Shown piece by piece: positions 19,845-27,870 of a stretch of DNA of 41,610 nucleotides (within the stretch, counting starts at the first letter, position 1; each line of letters starts with the position of its first letter). Where the stretch lies: the UHGV virus genome UHGV-0425465, one strand, 5' to 3'. The position numbers were made by a program, and so were the translations under genes. This DNA is from a virus. The notes below the pieces were generated by a model that was given only the letters and a program-made list of their open reading frames with translations, did not search any database and had not been told where the DNA came from.

Positions 19845-20099
19845 ATGGATTTATCTTTTTTTAGCAATTACGCAGTAGCGGTCATTGTAGGCATTTGCTT
19901 GATTACAGGATACATAGCAAAAAAGTGGGTGAAGGACCTGGACAACAAATACATCCCTACCATGGTGGCTATCCTGGGAGCGGCACTTAACATCTGGATT
20001 GCGAGAAGTGTAAGCCCGGAAATCATCCTGGCCGGGGCCTTTAGTGGTCTTGCAAGTACAGGCCTGCACCAGGCGTTTAAACAGATGATAGAAGGTTAA
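19845..20099 (+). CDS. Holin
   Basis: 84 aa, two predicted TM helices, immediately upstream of endolysin. Confidence 0.7.
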   Translation: MDLSFFSNYAVAVIVGICLITGYIAKKWVKDLDNKYIPTMVAILGAALNIWIARSVSPEIILAGAFSGLASTGLHQAFKQMIEG

Positions 20100-20105
20100 T
20101 CGGAC

Positions 20106-20141
20106 GTTGCGATATCGCAACTTGTGACGTCGCAACTTTTT
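20106..20141 (+). terminator. Palindrome GTTGCGATATCGCAAC plus alternative hairpin GTTGCGA…TCGCAAC followed by TTTTT
   Basis: Perfect 16-bp palindrome 20106..20121; GTCGCAAC 20129..20136 then T-run; alternative pairing possible (attenuator-like). Confidence 0.4.
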
Positions 20142-20143
20142 AT

Positions 20144-20173
20144 GGCCTGGGAGCAGTCCCGGGCCTTTTTTTT
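20144..20173 (+). terminator. Intrinsic terminator (GGCCTGGGA-GCAG-TCCCGGGCC + T8) in the endolysin 5' leader
   Basis: 9-bp stem (one G-U), 4-nt loop, eight T; ends 5 nt before the lysin RBS AAGGAGGT. Confidence 0.6.
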
Positions 20174-20186
20174 AAGGAGGTACGAC

Positions 20187-21029
20187 ATGACAGCATTATT
20201 AAGGAGACAGGCCGTAATCGACAAGTACGCAGAGATTATAGGCCGCAATATATACAGCCAGTCCCTGAGGGACTACTGCTATAAGGCATACAGGGATGGC
20301 AACTATTACAGTGATTGCAGCAGCTCCATCTGCTACGCCTACAAGGAGGCAGGCCAGGGCTTCGGCATCACGAACACGGCTGGGATGTACAACTCTGCCA
20401 AGCTGACCACGGTGGATGCGGACATAGCCCAGGGCATCCCGGATACGTCCAGACTAAGGCCAGGGGACATGCTGCTGTTTGCCGGCACAGATGCCAGCCG
20501 TCCACTGCGGATAGGCCACGTGGAGATGTACTGTGGCAACGGCATCATCTGTGGCCACGGCAGCGGCAGGCCATCCTATAAGGACCTGGTGGCTTACTGT
20601 AAGAGCCGGTACAACTCCTGGGCATCAGGAGGATGGCGTAAGGGGCTGGTATGCGTGCGCAGATACATACAGGACGATATAGCGCAGGAGCCGGAGCAGC
20701 CCAGAAAATCCGGCTGGGAGCAGGGCGCAGATGGGACTTGGAGTTTCTTCCTGGGTAACACCGGGGAGTGTGTCCGCAACAGCTGGTACCTGGACACGGA
20801 CGGCAAGTGGTACTGGTTTGACGGCGCGGGACACATGGTCACCGACACCTGGTATCAGTACAAGGGAGCCTGGTATTATCTGGGGGCTGACGGGGCTATG
20901 GTCCAGGGGCTGCAGGCCAGCGGCGACAACTACTATTACCTGATGCCGGACGGCAAGATGGCCACGGAGCCGGTGACACTGACTCCGGACAAGGACGGGG
21001 CACTGCGCTGGCCCGGGCTGGCGGAGTAA
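20187..21029 (+). CDS. Endolysin: NlpC/P60-family cysteine peptidase with C-terminal cell-wall-binding (choline-binding-like) repeats
   Basis: About 280 aa from ATG 20187; Cys in DCSSSICYAY, His in GHVEMY…GHG; C-terminal repeats GTWSFF…GKWYWF…GAWYYL…NYYYLMPDGKMATE. Confidence 0.75.
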   Translation: MTALLRRQAVIDKYAEIIGRNIYSQSLRDYCYKAYRDGNYYSDCSSSICYAYKEAGQGFGITNTAGMYNSAKLTTVDADIAQGIPDTSRLRPGDMLLFAGTDASRPLRIGHVEMYCGNGIICGHGSGRPSYKDLVAYCKSRYNSWASGGWRKGLVCVRRYIQDDIAQEPEQPRKSGWEQGADGTWSFFLGNTGECVRNSWYLDTDGKWYWFDGAGHMVTDTWYQYKGAWYYLGADGAMVQGLQASGDNYYYLMPDGKMATEPVTLTPDKDGALRWPGLAE

Positions 21030-21058
21030 TAAAAAGCGGCGGGGATTACTCCTCGCCG

Positions 21059-21559
21059 TTAATCTCTCCATTCTAGCAGTTTCCATCCTTTCCACGAGTG
21101 GGATGGGTTTTTTGGACGCTTACCTTGTGCTGTTGCTTTAATCTTCGCAAAACCGTCAAAGGCTTGTTTAGGAGTACCGTCAAACAGTTCTGGACGCTCC
21201 CTTATAAAGTACATAAGGTTATGGCACTTGTATATCTGTCCGATGGGGGATTGGATTACCCAGTATTTTGCATTTACATGTTTATAGCCGGAGTTCTCCA
21301 TATAGAACCGTTTTCTTCCTTCACATAAGCGCTGCATGGTGTTATCATACACACCATTTTTATGCAATTGTTTACGATGTGCGGATGAGCAAGCAGGAGA
21401 GCAGCATACACTGTCAGCGGATGGGGATGCCTTAAATGTGTTTCCGCATATTGGGCAGGTTCGGTAATGCTGCTTATATTCCGTCTCGCAGATTTTTGAA
21501 CAGAAATATTTATTCTTACATGATTTTGGCTTACCACATATGATGCATGTATCTGACAA
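21059..21559 (-). CDS. Zinc-ribbon-containing hypothetical protein (moron gene 3)
   Basis: 166 aa, many CxxC pairs in the N-terminal half; minus strand opposite the structural genes. Confidence 0.5.
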   Translation of the reverse strand: MSDTCIICGKPKSCKNKYFCSKICETEYKQHYRTCPICGNTFKASPSADSVCCSPACSSAHRKQLHKNGVYDNTMQRLCEGRKRFYMENSGYKHVNAKYWVIQSPIGQIYKCHNLMYFIRERPELFDGTPKQAFDGFAKIKATAQGKRPKNPSHSWKGWKLLEWRD

Positions 21560-21572
21560 AATGACCCACCCC

Positions 21573-22010
21573 TTAAAGTATCATTTGGTGTATCTCCTTA
21601 CCATATCTTACATTTTCAAAAAAATATGGATTAATGCTCTTGGGACAGTATTCGTAATCACTGTCGTCAACCCCGAGTTTTTCCATTTCATCATGTATGA
21701 ACTTGAAATAATCGTCATGAGAGAAGTCACGGGAATCAGCAAATACATTGAAGTCATCCGGTAACAATTTTTCATATGCCATTTTAGAAAATCTGTTAAA
21801 CAGCTTCTTCATAAGACATGGATGGATGAGTTCCTCCAACTGCCTTATGATTAGTTCTTCTGCCCATGGGGCCGGATTACGTTTACCAGCGTCCCAGTCC
21901 TCAATGGTTCTGGACGGGATACCCAGGAAAGCTGATAAATCAGATTGTGTCATATTTGCCTTTAAGCGATATTCTTTGATTCTATTCATGTAATCCTCCC
22001 TATTTAACAT
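21573..22010 (-). CDS. XRE-family HTH transcriptional regulator with C-terminal extension (moron gene 2)
   Basis: 145 aa; LKANMTQSDLSAFLGIPSRTIEDWDAGKRNP helix-turn-helix. Confidence 0.65.
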   Translation of the reverse strand: MLNREDYMNRIKEYRLKANMTQSDLSAFLGIPSRTIEDWDAGKRNPAPWAEELIIRQLEELIHPCLMKKLFNRFSKMAYEKLLPDDFNVFADSRDFSHDDYFKFIHDEMEKLGVDDSDYEYCPKSINPYFFENVRYGKEIHQMIL

Positions 22011-22311
22011 GCTCTATGATGTATTTGGCATCAGTAAGGCTACTCAACTCATTAATGAGACTTGCAATACCGTTGTGGTATTCATCGGATGTCATCCGCC
22101 TGTTTGATAGCATCATACCTGCAACTTCGTTCACCTTAAATACTTTATTAGCCAATATGGATCTGGCATAGTCTACCTGTCTATCAGTCCCGGCTAATTC
22201 CTGCTCAAAGCGGAAGACAATGATGGTATGGCAGTCAGTGCAGTCCACCATGATGTTATATCCTTTAAGTTCCGCTCTCTTTTCCATTGTGTTTTCAGCT
22301 GTCATCATCAT
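22000..22311 (-). CDS. Hypothetical protein (moron gene 1)
   Basis: 103 aa; RBS AGAGGAGG; 11-nt overlap with the next gene. Confidence 0.5.
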   Translation of the reverse strand: MMMTAENTMEKRAELKGYNIMVDCTDCHTIIVFRFEQELAGTDRQVDYARSILANKVFKVNEVAGMMLSNRRMTSDEYHNGIASLINELSSLTDAKYIIEHVK

Positions 22312-22342
22312 TATGTATTCCTCCTCTTGTTTGATATAATCA

Positions 22343-22371
22343 TTATACCACGCATTGCGTGGTATTGCAAG
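22343..22371 (-). promoter_or_regulatory. Sigma-70-type promoter (TTGCAA-17-TATAAT on the minus strand) with an embedded 21-bp perfect palindrome operator
   Basis: Minus strand reads TTGCAATACCACGCAATGCGTGGTATAATGATT; palindrome ATACCACGCATTGCGTGGTAT at 22346..22366 fills the spacer. Confidence 0.6.
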
Positions 22372-22540
22372 TGGTAAATATTATTTTTATATTAAAATAG
22401 CAATATACAAACATAGGAGGTGCCGCAGCCGGCGCCGGATGAGTTTGAGAAGGTTTGGAAACGGATACAGGATGGAGAGTAAGGAAGAGGCGGGTACCGG
22501 ATGCGACCGGGCCCGCCTGCCTAATTGCATCATCTTTGGA

Positions 22541-22772
22541 GTATCACACGAAGTATCACACGATATGTTCCTTCTATATTAAATACGTTGTATTTTACGG
22601 GTCCGATTCCCGTCAGCAGCTTTAACCACAGCCCTTGTGTTTACTGGAATATCCGGTATTTACAAGGGTTTTTCTTTGCAATTGCGTTAAAAACATGAAT
22701 TATAAATGTATGTAAATGTAACGATTTTTCTGGTCAAGTATCACACGAAAGTCACACGGTATCACACGGATT
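22541..22772. other. Putative attP: arm-type direct repeats (GTATCACACGA/G x5) flanking a core with a tRNA/tmRNA 3'-end-like segment
   Basis: Repeats at 22541..22564 (x2) and 22738..22770 (x3) adjacent to the int 3' end. 22597..22620 ACGGG-TCCGATT-CCCGT-CAGCAGC resembles a T-arm plus acceptor 3' strand. Confidence 0.45.
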
Positions 22773-23796
22773 TTAACTGTTTGAAATGTTCATTGATTTT
22801 CCGGTTCTGCTTAACCGACTCCAGGTCAATGACGTTCCGGTAAACAGTTTTCATCACATTGTCGCTGGCCCATCCGCCGCGCTGGAGTATGTACTGGTCC
22901 GGTATCCCAATTGCATGCATGATGCTCGCTGAGTAGTGCCTGAGGTCATGGAAACGGAAGTGCGGGATATCAATTGTTTTAAGGACTCTCCCGAATCGAT
23001 GGGTTATATAATCCGGATTGCTTTTAACCAATGGTCCCTTGATGTTTTTTATTTTATCAATCACAAAATCCGGAAACTCGACACTACGATAACTTCCATA
23101 AGTTTTAGGCTGTTTTATATACCATTCGCGGTCGGCGCCTTTAACCATGCTCTTGCTAACCTTAATGGTATTCCCGTGAACATCATTGCTGGTCAGTGCG
23201 CAAATTTCACCGCGCCTAAGAGGGCCGAACGCCGCCAACAGAACTGCAATTTCCAATTCTGTTCCCTTGATATGGTTCAATAGCTTTCTTACGTCATCGT
23301 CACTGGGGCAATATAATTCCGCTTTCTTTTTTGCCGGAAGTGTAACTTTGACCCTTAAATCCGGGGCAAACATCTCAAGTGTAACAGATAGCAGCCCGTA
23401 GGCATTGCGTACTGTTTTTGGGCTTACTTTTGCAGCCAGGTCTGATATCCATATCTGGATGGCCGTATTGTCCAGCTCTGGGAGCCGTATGGCCCCAAAT
23501 TTGCCGCTTAAATAGTTCTTGATGATACCTTCATACCCTCTTATAGTTGACGGGCTTAAAACGCCTTTCTTGACTTCCAGATAGCGCTTGGCGGCTTCAT
23601 TGATGCTCAAGTCGTTCATAACTGGGGCGGGTTTATCTTTATTTGCTTTCCACTCAGCCGCAGCCAGTTGGGCCAATTTCTTTGATGCTGCAGTGAAGCT
23701 CTTATAATGTTTCTTCCCACCATCATCCGTATAATCATATACCTGTACCCGGAATTGACCGGATGGAAGCTGGTTCTTTTTCTTCGGTTTAGCCAT
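22762..23796 (-). CDS. int: Tyrosine site-specific integrase
   Basis: 344 aa; N-terminal arm-binding-like domain; C-terminal catalytic region with …HDLRHYSAS… (HxxR) and a downstream Tyr. Confidence 0.85.
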   Translation of the reverse strand: MAKPKKKNQLPSGQFRVQVYDYTDDGGKKHYKSFTAASKKLAQLAAAEWKANKDKPAPVMNDLSINEAAKRYLEVKKGVLSPSTIRGYEGIIKNYLSGKFGAIRLPELDNTAIQIWISDLAAKVSPKTVRNAYGLLSVTLEMFAPDLRVKVTLPAKKKAELYCPSDDDVRKLLNHIKGTELEIAVLLAAFGPLRRGEICALTSNDVHGNTIKVSKSMVKGADREWYIKQPKTYGSYRSVEFPDFVIDKIKNIKGPLVKSNPDYITHRFGRVLKTIDIPHFRFHDLRHYSASIMHAIGIPDQYILQRGGWASDNVMKTVYRNVIDLESVKQNRKINEHFKQLKSV

Positions 23797-23954
23797 GATT
23801 ATCCTCCTTTAAATTATTTGGGCATAAAAATAACAGCCCTCTTGTGCTGACTGCCCGAAGATGATACAATATAGTTGCAAGTTATATTGTGCACATCTTC
23901 GAGCATGATTGATGTGTGGGCCGGTTCCTGTTGGCGCAGGGGCCGGCTTTTTGC

Positions 23955-24155
23955 TTATTTAAATAAATCAAACAGACTAAATGAAGTCTTTTTATATACT
24001 TTGTTATAGGCAGCCTTTTTAGGATTCTTTATCCACCCCATTCCTTTCTTTCCATATCCGGGTATTAGGGCCTTTTTAACTGCTCTCTTTGCGCGTCCAG
24101 TTGTCCTGGCCTTTAGGGATTTCATAGGGCTAATCTTGCGCATTCCAAATTTCAT
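23955..24155 (-). CDS. Small very basic (Lys/Arg-rich) protein
   Basis: 66 aa; strong RBS AAGGAGGTG 7 nt from ATG; same strand as int and the cI-like gene. Confidence 0.5.
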   Translation of the reverse strand: MKFGMRKISPMKSLKARTTGRAKRAVKKALIPGYGKKGMGWIKNPKKAAYNKVYKKTSFSLFDLFK

Positions 24156-24292
24156 AGCAACACCTCCTTGTGAAAAGTATTTTCAATAACGATAGATGTT
24201 GAATAAGAACATCTGTTCTGCTATAATTAAACCGAACATAAGTTCCGCATCGTTTGGTCATCTTGTGCAGATACTATCTGCGAGGTGATGCA

Positions 24293-24505
24293 ATGGATGT
24301 TGAAATAATCTTTCATATCAAAGAGATTCGGAAGGAAAAAAATGTATCCCTTCGTGAGCTCTCTGAAAAATCAGGAATAAGCAAATCAGAGATAAATTTT
24401 ATTGAAAACGGTCATCGGGATCCCACTTTGCGAACCATGTGCCTCCTTTCCCTGGCGCTGGACGTATCGCCCTCACGGCTGTTCACAGCGAGAATAAAAC
24501 GCTAA
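24293..24505 (+). CDS. XRE-family HTH regulator (Cro-like)
   Basis: About 70 aa from ATG 24293; EKNVSLRELSEKSGISKSEINFIENGHRDP helix-turn-helix. Confidence 0.6.
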   Translation: MDVEIIFHIKEIRKEKNVSLRELSEKSGISKSEINFIENGHRDPTLRTMCLLSLALDVSPSRLFTARIKR

Positions 24506-24515
24506 TTCCTGGACC

Positions 24516-24535
24516 TTGTCCACAATAGTGGACAA
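24516..24535. promoter_or_regulatory. 20-bp perfect palindrome TTGTCCACAATAGTGGACAA (candidate operator)
   Basis: 8-bp arms around AATA, just downstream of the Cro-like gene. Confidence 0.4.
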
Positions 24536-24663
24536 ATCTACATATTTCAAGGATTTTCAACAACCATTGCGTTCAAATGGTATAACATAGTCAGTAAAGT
24601 GACTACAGTATTTATCCACTTCATCATTAGATGAATCAAAACAGGGAAAGGGTGGTACATATT

Positions 24664-24780
24664 ATGGGCAATAAAAAATCTAAAGTGCAGGTTATTAAAT
24701 CTATTGTAGAATTATTGCATCAGGCAGATATTGACCAGCTGGAAGAAATTGTGGTATTTATCAAAAACTACATATTGTAA
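24664..24780 (+). CDS. Small hypothetical ORF (38 aa)
   Basis: RBS AAAGGGTGG about 9 nt upstream; ends at the bidirectional terminator. Confidence 0.3.
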   Translation: MGNKKSKVQVIKSIVELLHQADIDQLEEIVVFIKNYIL

Positions 24781-24787
24781 ATGGATT

Positions 24788-24812
24788 GGGCCAGAAGTTA
24801 CTGGCCCTTTTT
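24788..24812. terminator. Bidirectional intrinsic terminator GGGCCAG-AAGTTA-CTGGCCC + TTTTT between convergent genes
   Basis: 7-bp GC-rich stem; T-run after it on the plus strand and A-run before it; the cI-like stop lies in the loop. Confidence 0.55.
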
Positions 24813-25193
24813 CATATTGTCAAGATACTTAAGCGCTACTTCCTCCAGGACCTTTTTGCTTGTGGCATCTAACTGTTCATATGTAACAATGAAAGTCTTA
24901 ATGGCATTCGCCACCACGGAATCAGTGTCTTTTAAAAGCTGTGCTGTATGTTTCATGACCTTCTGCTGGTCTGTAAGTTGCTCAAACATTTCACCTTCTC
25001 CGGTTCGGAGCCAAGTTTCATTAACATCGAATTCTCTGCATATATCAGATATCACTCTATCTGTTGTGTTGACTCTGTTAATCTCAATATTGCTGAGGTT
25101 TCCCCTGCTAATTTTTAGTCTATCTGAAAAATCTTCTTGATTCATATTGAGAACATCTTTTCGTAGGTATTTTATACGTTCATAGATTTCCAT
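24798..25193 (-). CDS. cI-like repressor (XRE HTH; no peptidase domain)
   Basis: 131 aa; N-terminal HTH (NQEDFSDRLKISRGNLSNIE); divergent from the early operon. Confidence 0.65.
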   Translation of the reverse strand: MEIYERIKYLRKDVLNMNQEDFSDRLKISRGNLSNIEINRVNTTDRVISDICREFDVNETWLRTGEGEMFEQLTDQQKVMKHTAQLLKDTDSVVANAIKTFIVTYEQLDATSKKVLEEVALKYLDNMKKGQ

Positions 25194-25227
25194 TACATCA
25201 CCCTCTTTCTAATCTAATTATGTTCTT

Positions 25228-25309
25228 ATTATAACATTGGTAAAAATGCGTGTCAAGCGCAAATGAATAGTAAATATTACTTGACACACGCAAAAAGAGT
25301 TGCTATAAT
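25228..25309. promoter_or_regulatory. Genetic switch: face-to-face divergent sigma-70 promoters with shared operator repeats
   Basis: Plus strand TTGACA(25281)-17-TATAAT(25304). Minus strand TTGACA (plus 25252..25257)-17-TATAAT (plus 25228..25233). Operator half-sites TGCGTGTCAA / TTGACACACGCA / TAACACGCAAATG. Confidence 0.6.
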
Positions 25310-25343
25310 GCAATTAACACGCAAATGAAAGCGAGGTGAGAAC

Positions 25344-26006
25344 ATGAAAACAGAACTTTGGAACGGCTACCCCATCCGGTTTGTGGAAATAGACGGCGAG
25401 TGGTGGGCGGTAGCTAAGGACGTGGCGGTAGCGCTGGGGTACGCAAAGACAGAGCATCTGACAAGGCGGTTAAAGGCAAAGTACAAGGGTATTCATAAAG
25501 TGAATACCATATCCGCAAAGGGTACTACAAAACGGGGGACCCTTTGCGGAGAACAAATAGTAGTGGTCTTAACGGAGCAGGGTGTTTACAAGGCCATAAT
25601 GAATTCCCATAAGCCAGAGGCAGAAGATTTTGAAGACTGGGTATTCCTTATTATAAAGAACCTCCGCCAATCCTCTGGCCTTGAAGGATTTCAGGTATTC
25701 CGCATGCTGGACAAGGAGCATCAGCGGGAGATGATGGGAAAGCTTAACCGAGGATTGAAGGAGCCAAAGCGATTCGATTTTATCAAAGCAAATACGATAT
25801 CCAATAAGGCAGTTTCTATAAAGTATGGATATCCCAAGATGATAAAGAAAGCGGACATGTCCCCGGAAATGCTGGTGGACAGGCAGGAGCTTCTGGAAGA
25901 CACGGTTGAGCTGATGGAAATCAAGGACAAGTATGGTCTGGAACTGTCGGTGAGTGAGGAAGTATATAAACTTGCTACCGGGCAGAAGGACAGCCAGACA
26001 GCATAG
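25344..26006 (+). CDS. Antirepressor (Bro-N domain protein)
   Basis: 220 aa; N-terminal YPIRFVEIDGEWWAVAKDVAVALGY Bro-N signature; first gene of the early operon. Confidence 0.7.
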   Translation: MKTELWNGYPIRFVEIDGEWWAVAKDVAVALGYAKTEHLTRRLKAKYKGIHKVNTISAKGTTKRGTLCGEQIVVVLTEQGVYKAIMNSHKPEAEDFEDWVFLIIKNLRQSSGLEGFQVFRMLDKEHQREMMGKLNRGLKEPKRFDFIKANTISNKAVSIKYGYPKMIKKADMSPEMLVDRQELLEDTVELMEIKDKYGLELSVSEEVYKLATGQKDSQTA

Positions 26007-26023
26007 AAAGCGAGGTGAAAATA

Positions 26024-26184
26024 TGTTGAACATGGATGCGCAGAAGGAGCAGGAAATTAGTAAGATGGTTACAATTCTACAACAGATTGATGTATCAGAC
26101 ATTGAACTGCTGACCAGAGACGCAAACACCTTATTAATGAGGAAAAAGCGTGAAGACATGGAAAACAGTCAGGAAGCAGGCTGA
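26024..26184 (+). CDS. Small hypothetical protein
   Basis: 53 aa from ATG 26024, RBS GAGGTGAAAAT. Confidence 0.35.
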
Positions 26185-26227
26185 ATAAGCGCGCATTGGC
26201 AAGCGAATAAGGAGGAGGTGAGAGGGC

Positions 26228-26407
26228 GTGGAGAAATTGTTCAATTCGATTTGTATTGACTTATCCAAAGGTATCTTTGAATTAAATGGAGAAGCGATGA
26301 AAAATGTAAATAACATGGAATTGTCTTGCGATGGAAGAAATTGGTTCCTGCGAGTTTCCAAAGACGAATTTTACACAGGAACCAGAGGGCAGAAGGTTAA
26401 GGAATGA
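26228..26407 (+). CDS. Small hypothetical protein (GTG start)
   Basis: About 59 aa; strong RBS AAGGAGGAGGTGAG. Confidence 0.3.
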   Translation: MEKLFNSICIDLSKGIFELNGEAMKNVNNMELSCDGRNWFLRVSKDEFYTGTRGQKVKE

Positions 26408-26711
26408 ATTTAGCGATAAAATCAGTGACTTCGGCAAGTCCATTTTTAAAACGATTTTCCATGTAAATGATGAAACTGTCTTGAAGTTGAAATCCGCCGT
26501 CAACATATTTTTTTATAAATCCGGCTCGCTTTAATTCATTCAAAGTTTCATCAATGTCATCATCTGACCATGAAGACAAAACAGGAATACCATTGTAAAA
26601 ATCACATAGGAAATGTTTGGCGTTTGCCTTGGAAACACCTTCTTTTCTTTGGGATAAATAGGACTTGTAGACACTACAGCATAGTTTATCGGCATCTTTT
26701 GTGAGTTGCAT
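26397..26711 (-). CDS. Hypothetical protein encoded antisense to the early operon
   Basis: 104 aa on the minus strand, in the early region. Confidence 0.45.
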   Translation of the reverse strand: MQLTKDADKLCCSVYKSYLSQRKEGVSKANAKHFLCDFYNGIPVLSSWSDDDIDETLNELKRAGFIKKYVDGGFQLQDSFIIYMENRFKNGLAEVTDFIAKFIP

Positions 26712-26811
26712 AGCTATTCTCCTTTCGTTTGTGCTCGGCGCTGCAACGCCTGCAAATACAGTATAGGACAGGGGGAGGAAAAAGACAAGACAGTGAGGAG
26801 GTGATACTTAC

Positions 26812-27018
26812 GTGAAAACCCCTAAATGGATAATAGAGTTCAAGATAGACCTTTATGCACTGAAAGAATATAGGGGCTGGACAGACGAGGACCTGGGTAA
26901 GCAACTGGGAGTGACATCCAGAACTGTTATGAACATGCGTAAAAATCCGTGTTCAGTAAACGGGGGACTTATCCTCAGGGTACAGGATATGCTGAGGGAA
27001 GCAGAAGAGAAATATTGA
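26812..27018 (+). CDS. HTH DNA-binding protein (Cro/excisionase-like)
   Basis: 68 aa, GTG start after GAGGAGGTGATA; LGKQLGVTSRTVMNMRKNP HTH. Confidence 0.5.
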   Translation: MKTPKWIIEFKIDLYALKEYRGWTDEDLGKQLGVTSRTVMNMRKNPCSVNGGLILRVQDMLREAEEKY

Positions 27019-27034
27019 GAGGAGGGCAAGAACA

Positions 27035-27301
27035 ATGACAAAAACAACCGAGTTAGCCATCCGCGCCAGGGCGACCATCCGATACCCCGGCTGGCGCCTG
27101 GACATCGTAGGCCCTACCACCGCGGTACTTACCAACATGATGGGCAGACGGCGGATGGTCACGTTCAGACGGCGCAGGAAGCGGCGTGACGGTCCATGGA
27201 TGCGGCTGGCCAAACGGGCGGTCCCCATGGTCATATGGGGAGTGGGGATGTGGATGGTGTCCATTGTGATTATGATGATGGCCATGGGCGTGGAACTGTG
27301 A
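27035..27301 (+). CDS. Hypothetical protein with hydrophobic C-terminus
   Basis: 88 aa; Arg-rich middle; membrane-like tail. Confidence 0.4.
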   Translation: MTKTTELAIRARATIRYPGWRLDIVGPTTAVLTNMMGRRRMVTFRRRRKRRDGPWMRLAKRAVPMVIWGVGMWMVSIVIMMMAMGVEL

Positions 27302-27315
27302 AAGGAGGAAATGGA

Positions 27316-27588
27316 TTGAACAAGACATATAGAGGTGCCTATGAGCGCATGGTTGACCGCATGATAGCGGGACAGGCGGGGACCATTGAAATCAACTGGA
27401 TTAACATGTCTGCCAAGGAAGCCGGGAATGGCGGTGCAGACCGGGTCACTGAGAAACTGGTTGCCGCCGGGTACCGGCCTGATGGAAGTGGGTGCGCGGA
27501 GAGATACCGGAAGGCTTATGAGGAAGGACAGAAGGTGGATGGGCGTTATATACGGCTTCCGCAGGAGACATGGATGCGGAGCGCATGA
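27316..27588 (+). CDS. Hypothetical protein (TTG start)
   Basis: RBS AGGAGG 7 nt upstream of TTG 27316; about 90 aa. Confidence 0.35.
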   Translation: MNKTYRGAYERMVDRMIAGQAGTIEINWINMSAKEAGNGGADRVTEKLVAAGYRPDGSGCAERYRKAYEEGQKVDGRYIRLPQETWMRSA

Positions 27589-27603
27589 GAGGAGGTGAGG
27601 AAG

Positions 27604-27846
27604 ATGTACAGGCCTGAGGAGGAACTGCGGGCCATAATGGACCTGCTGGCAGAATGGCGCAGTAAGACCGGAACCGGAGATGTAAATATATTCATTCTGG
27701 CAAGTGGGCATGGCAGGGCATATAACTGGGACAACAATAAGGCAACCTACGAAGTCGGAGGGTATTTTGGCCCACAAAAAAATGGACCCCAGACGGGTGG
27801 AGCCGTCAAGAGTCCAGTAACTAAAAACATCACACCCTTAGTATAA
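27604..27846 (+). CDS. Hypothetical protein
   Basis: About 80 aa. Confidence 0.35.
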   Translation: MYRPEEELRAIMDLLAEWRSKTGTGDVNIFILASGHGRAYNWDNNKATYEVGGYFGPQKNGPQTGGAVKSPVTKNITPLV

Positions 27847-27870
27847 GGGATTTCAAAGGAGATTGCAAGT

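Noticed and set aside
21059-21559. HNH/NUMOD homing endonuclease call for the zinc-ribbon protein
   Set aside because: Cys pairs are present, but no H-N-H arrangement or GIY-YIG motif could be aligned by eye; left as a zinc-ribbon hypothetical.
26953-27777. 274-aa minus-strand ORF spanning several early genes
   Set aside because: Overlaps multiple plus-strand genes in a GC-rich stretch; no start or RBS signals, so probably spurious.
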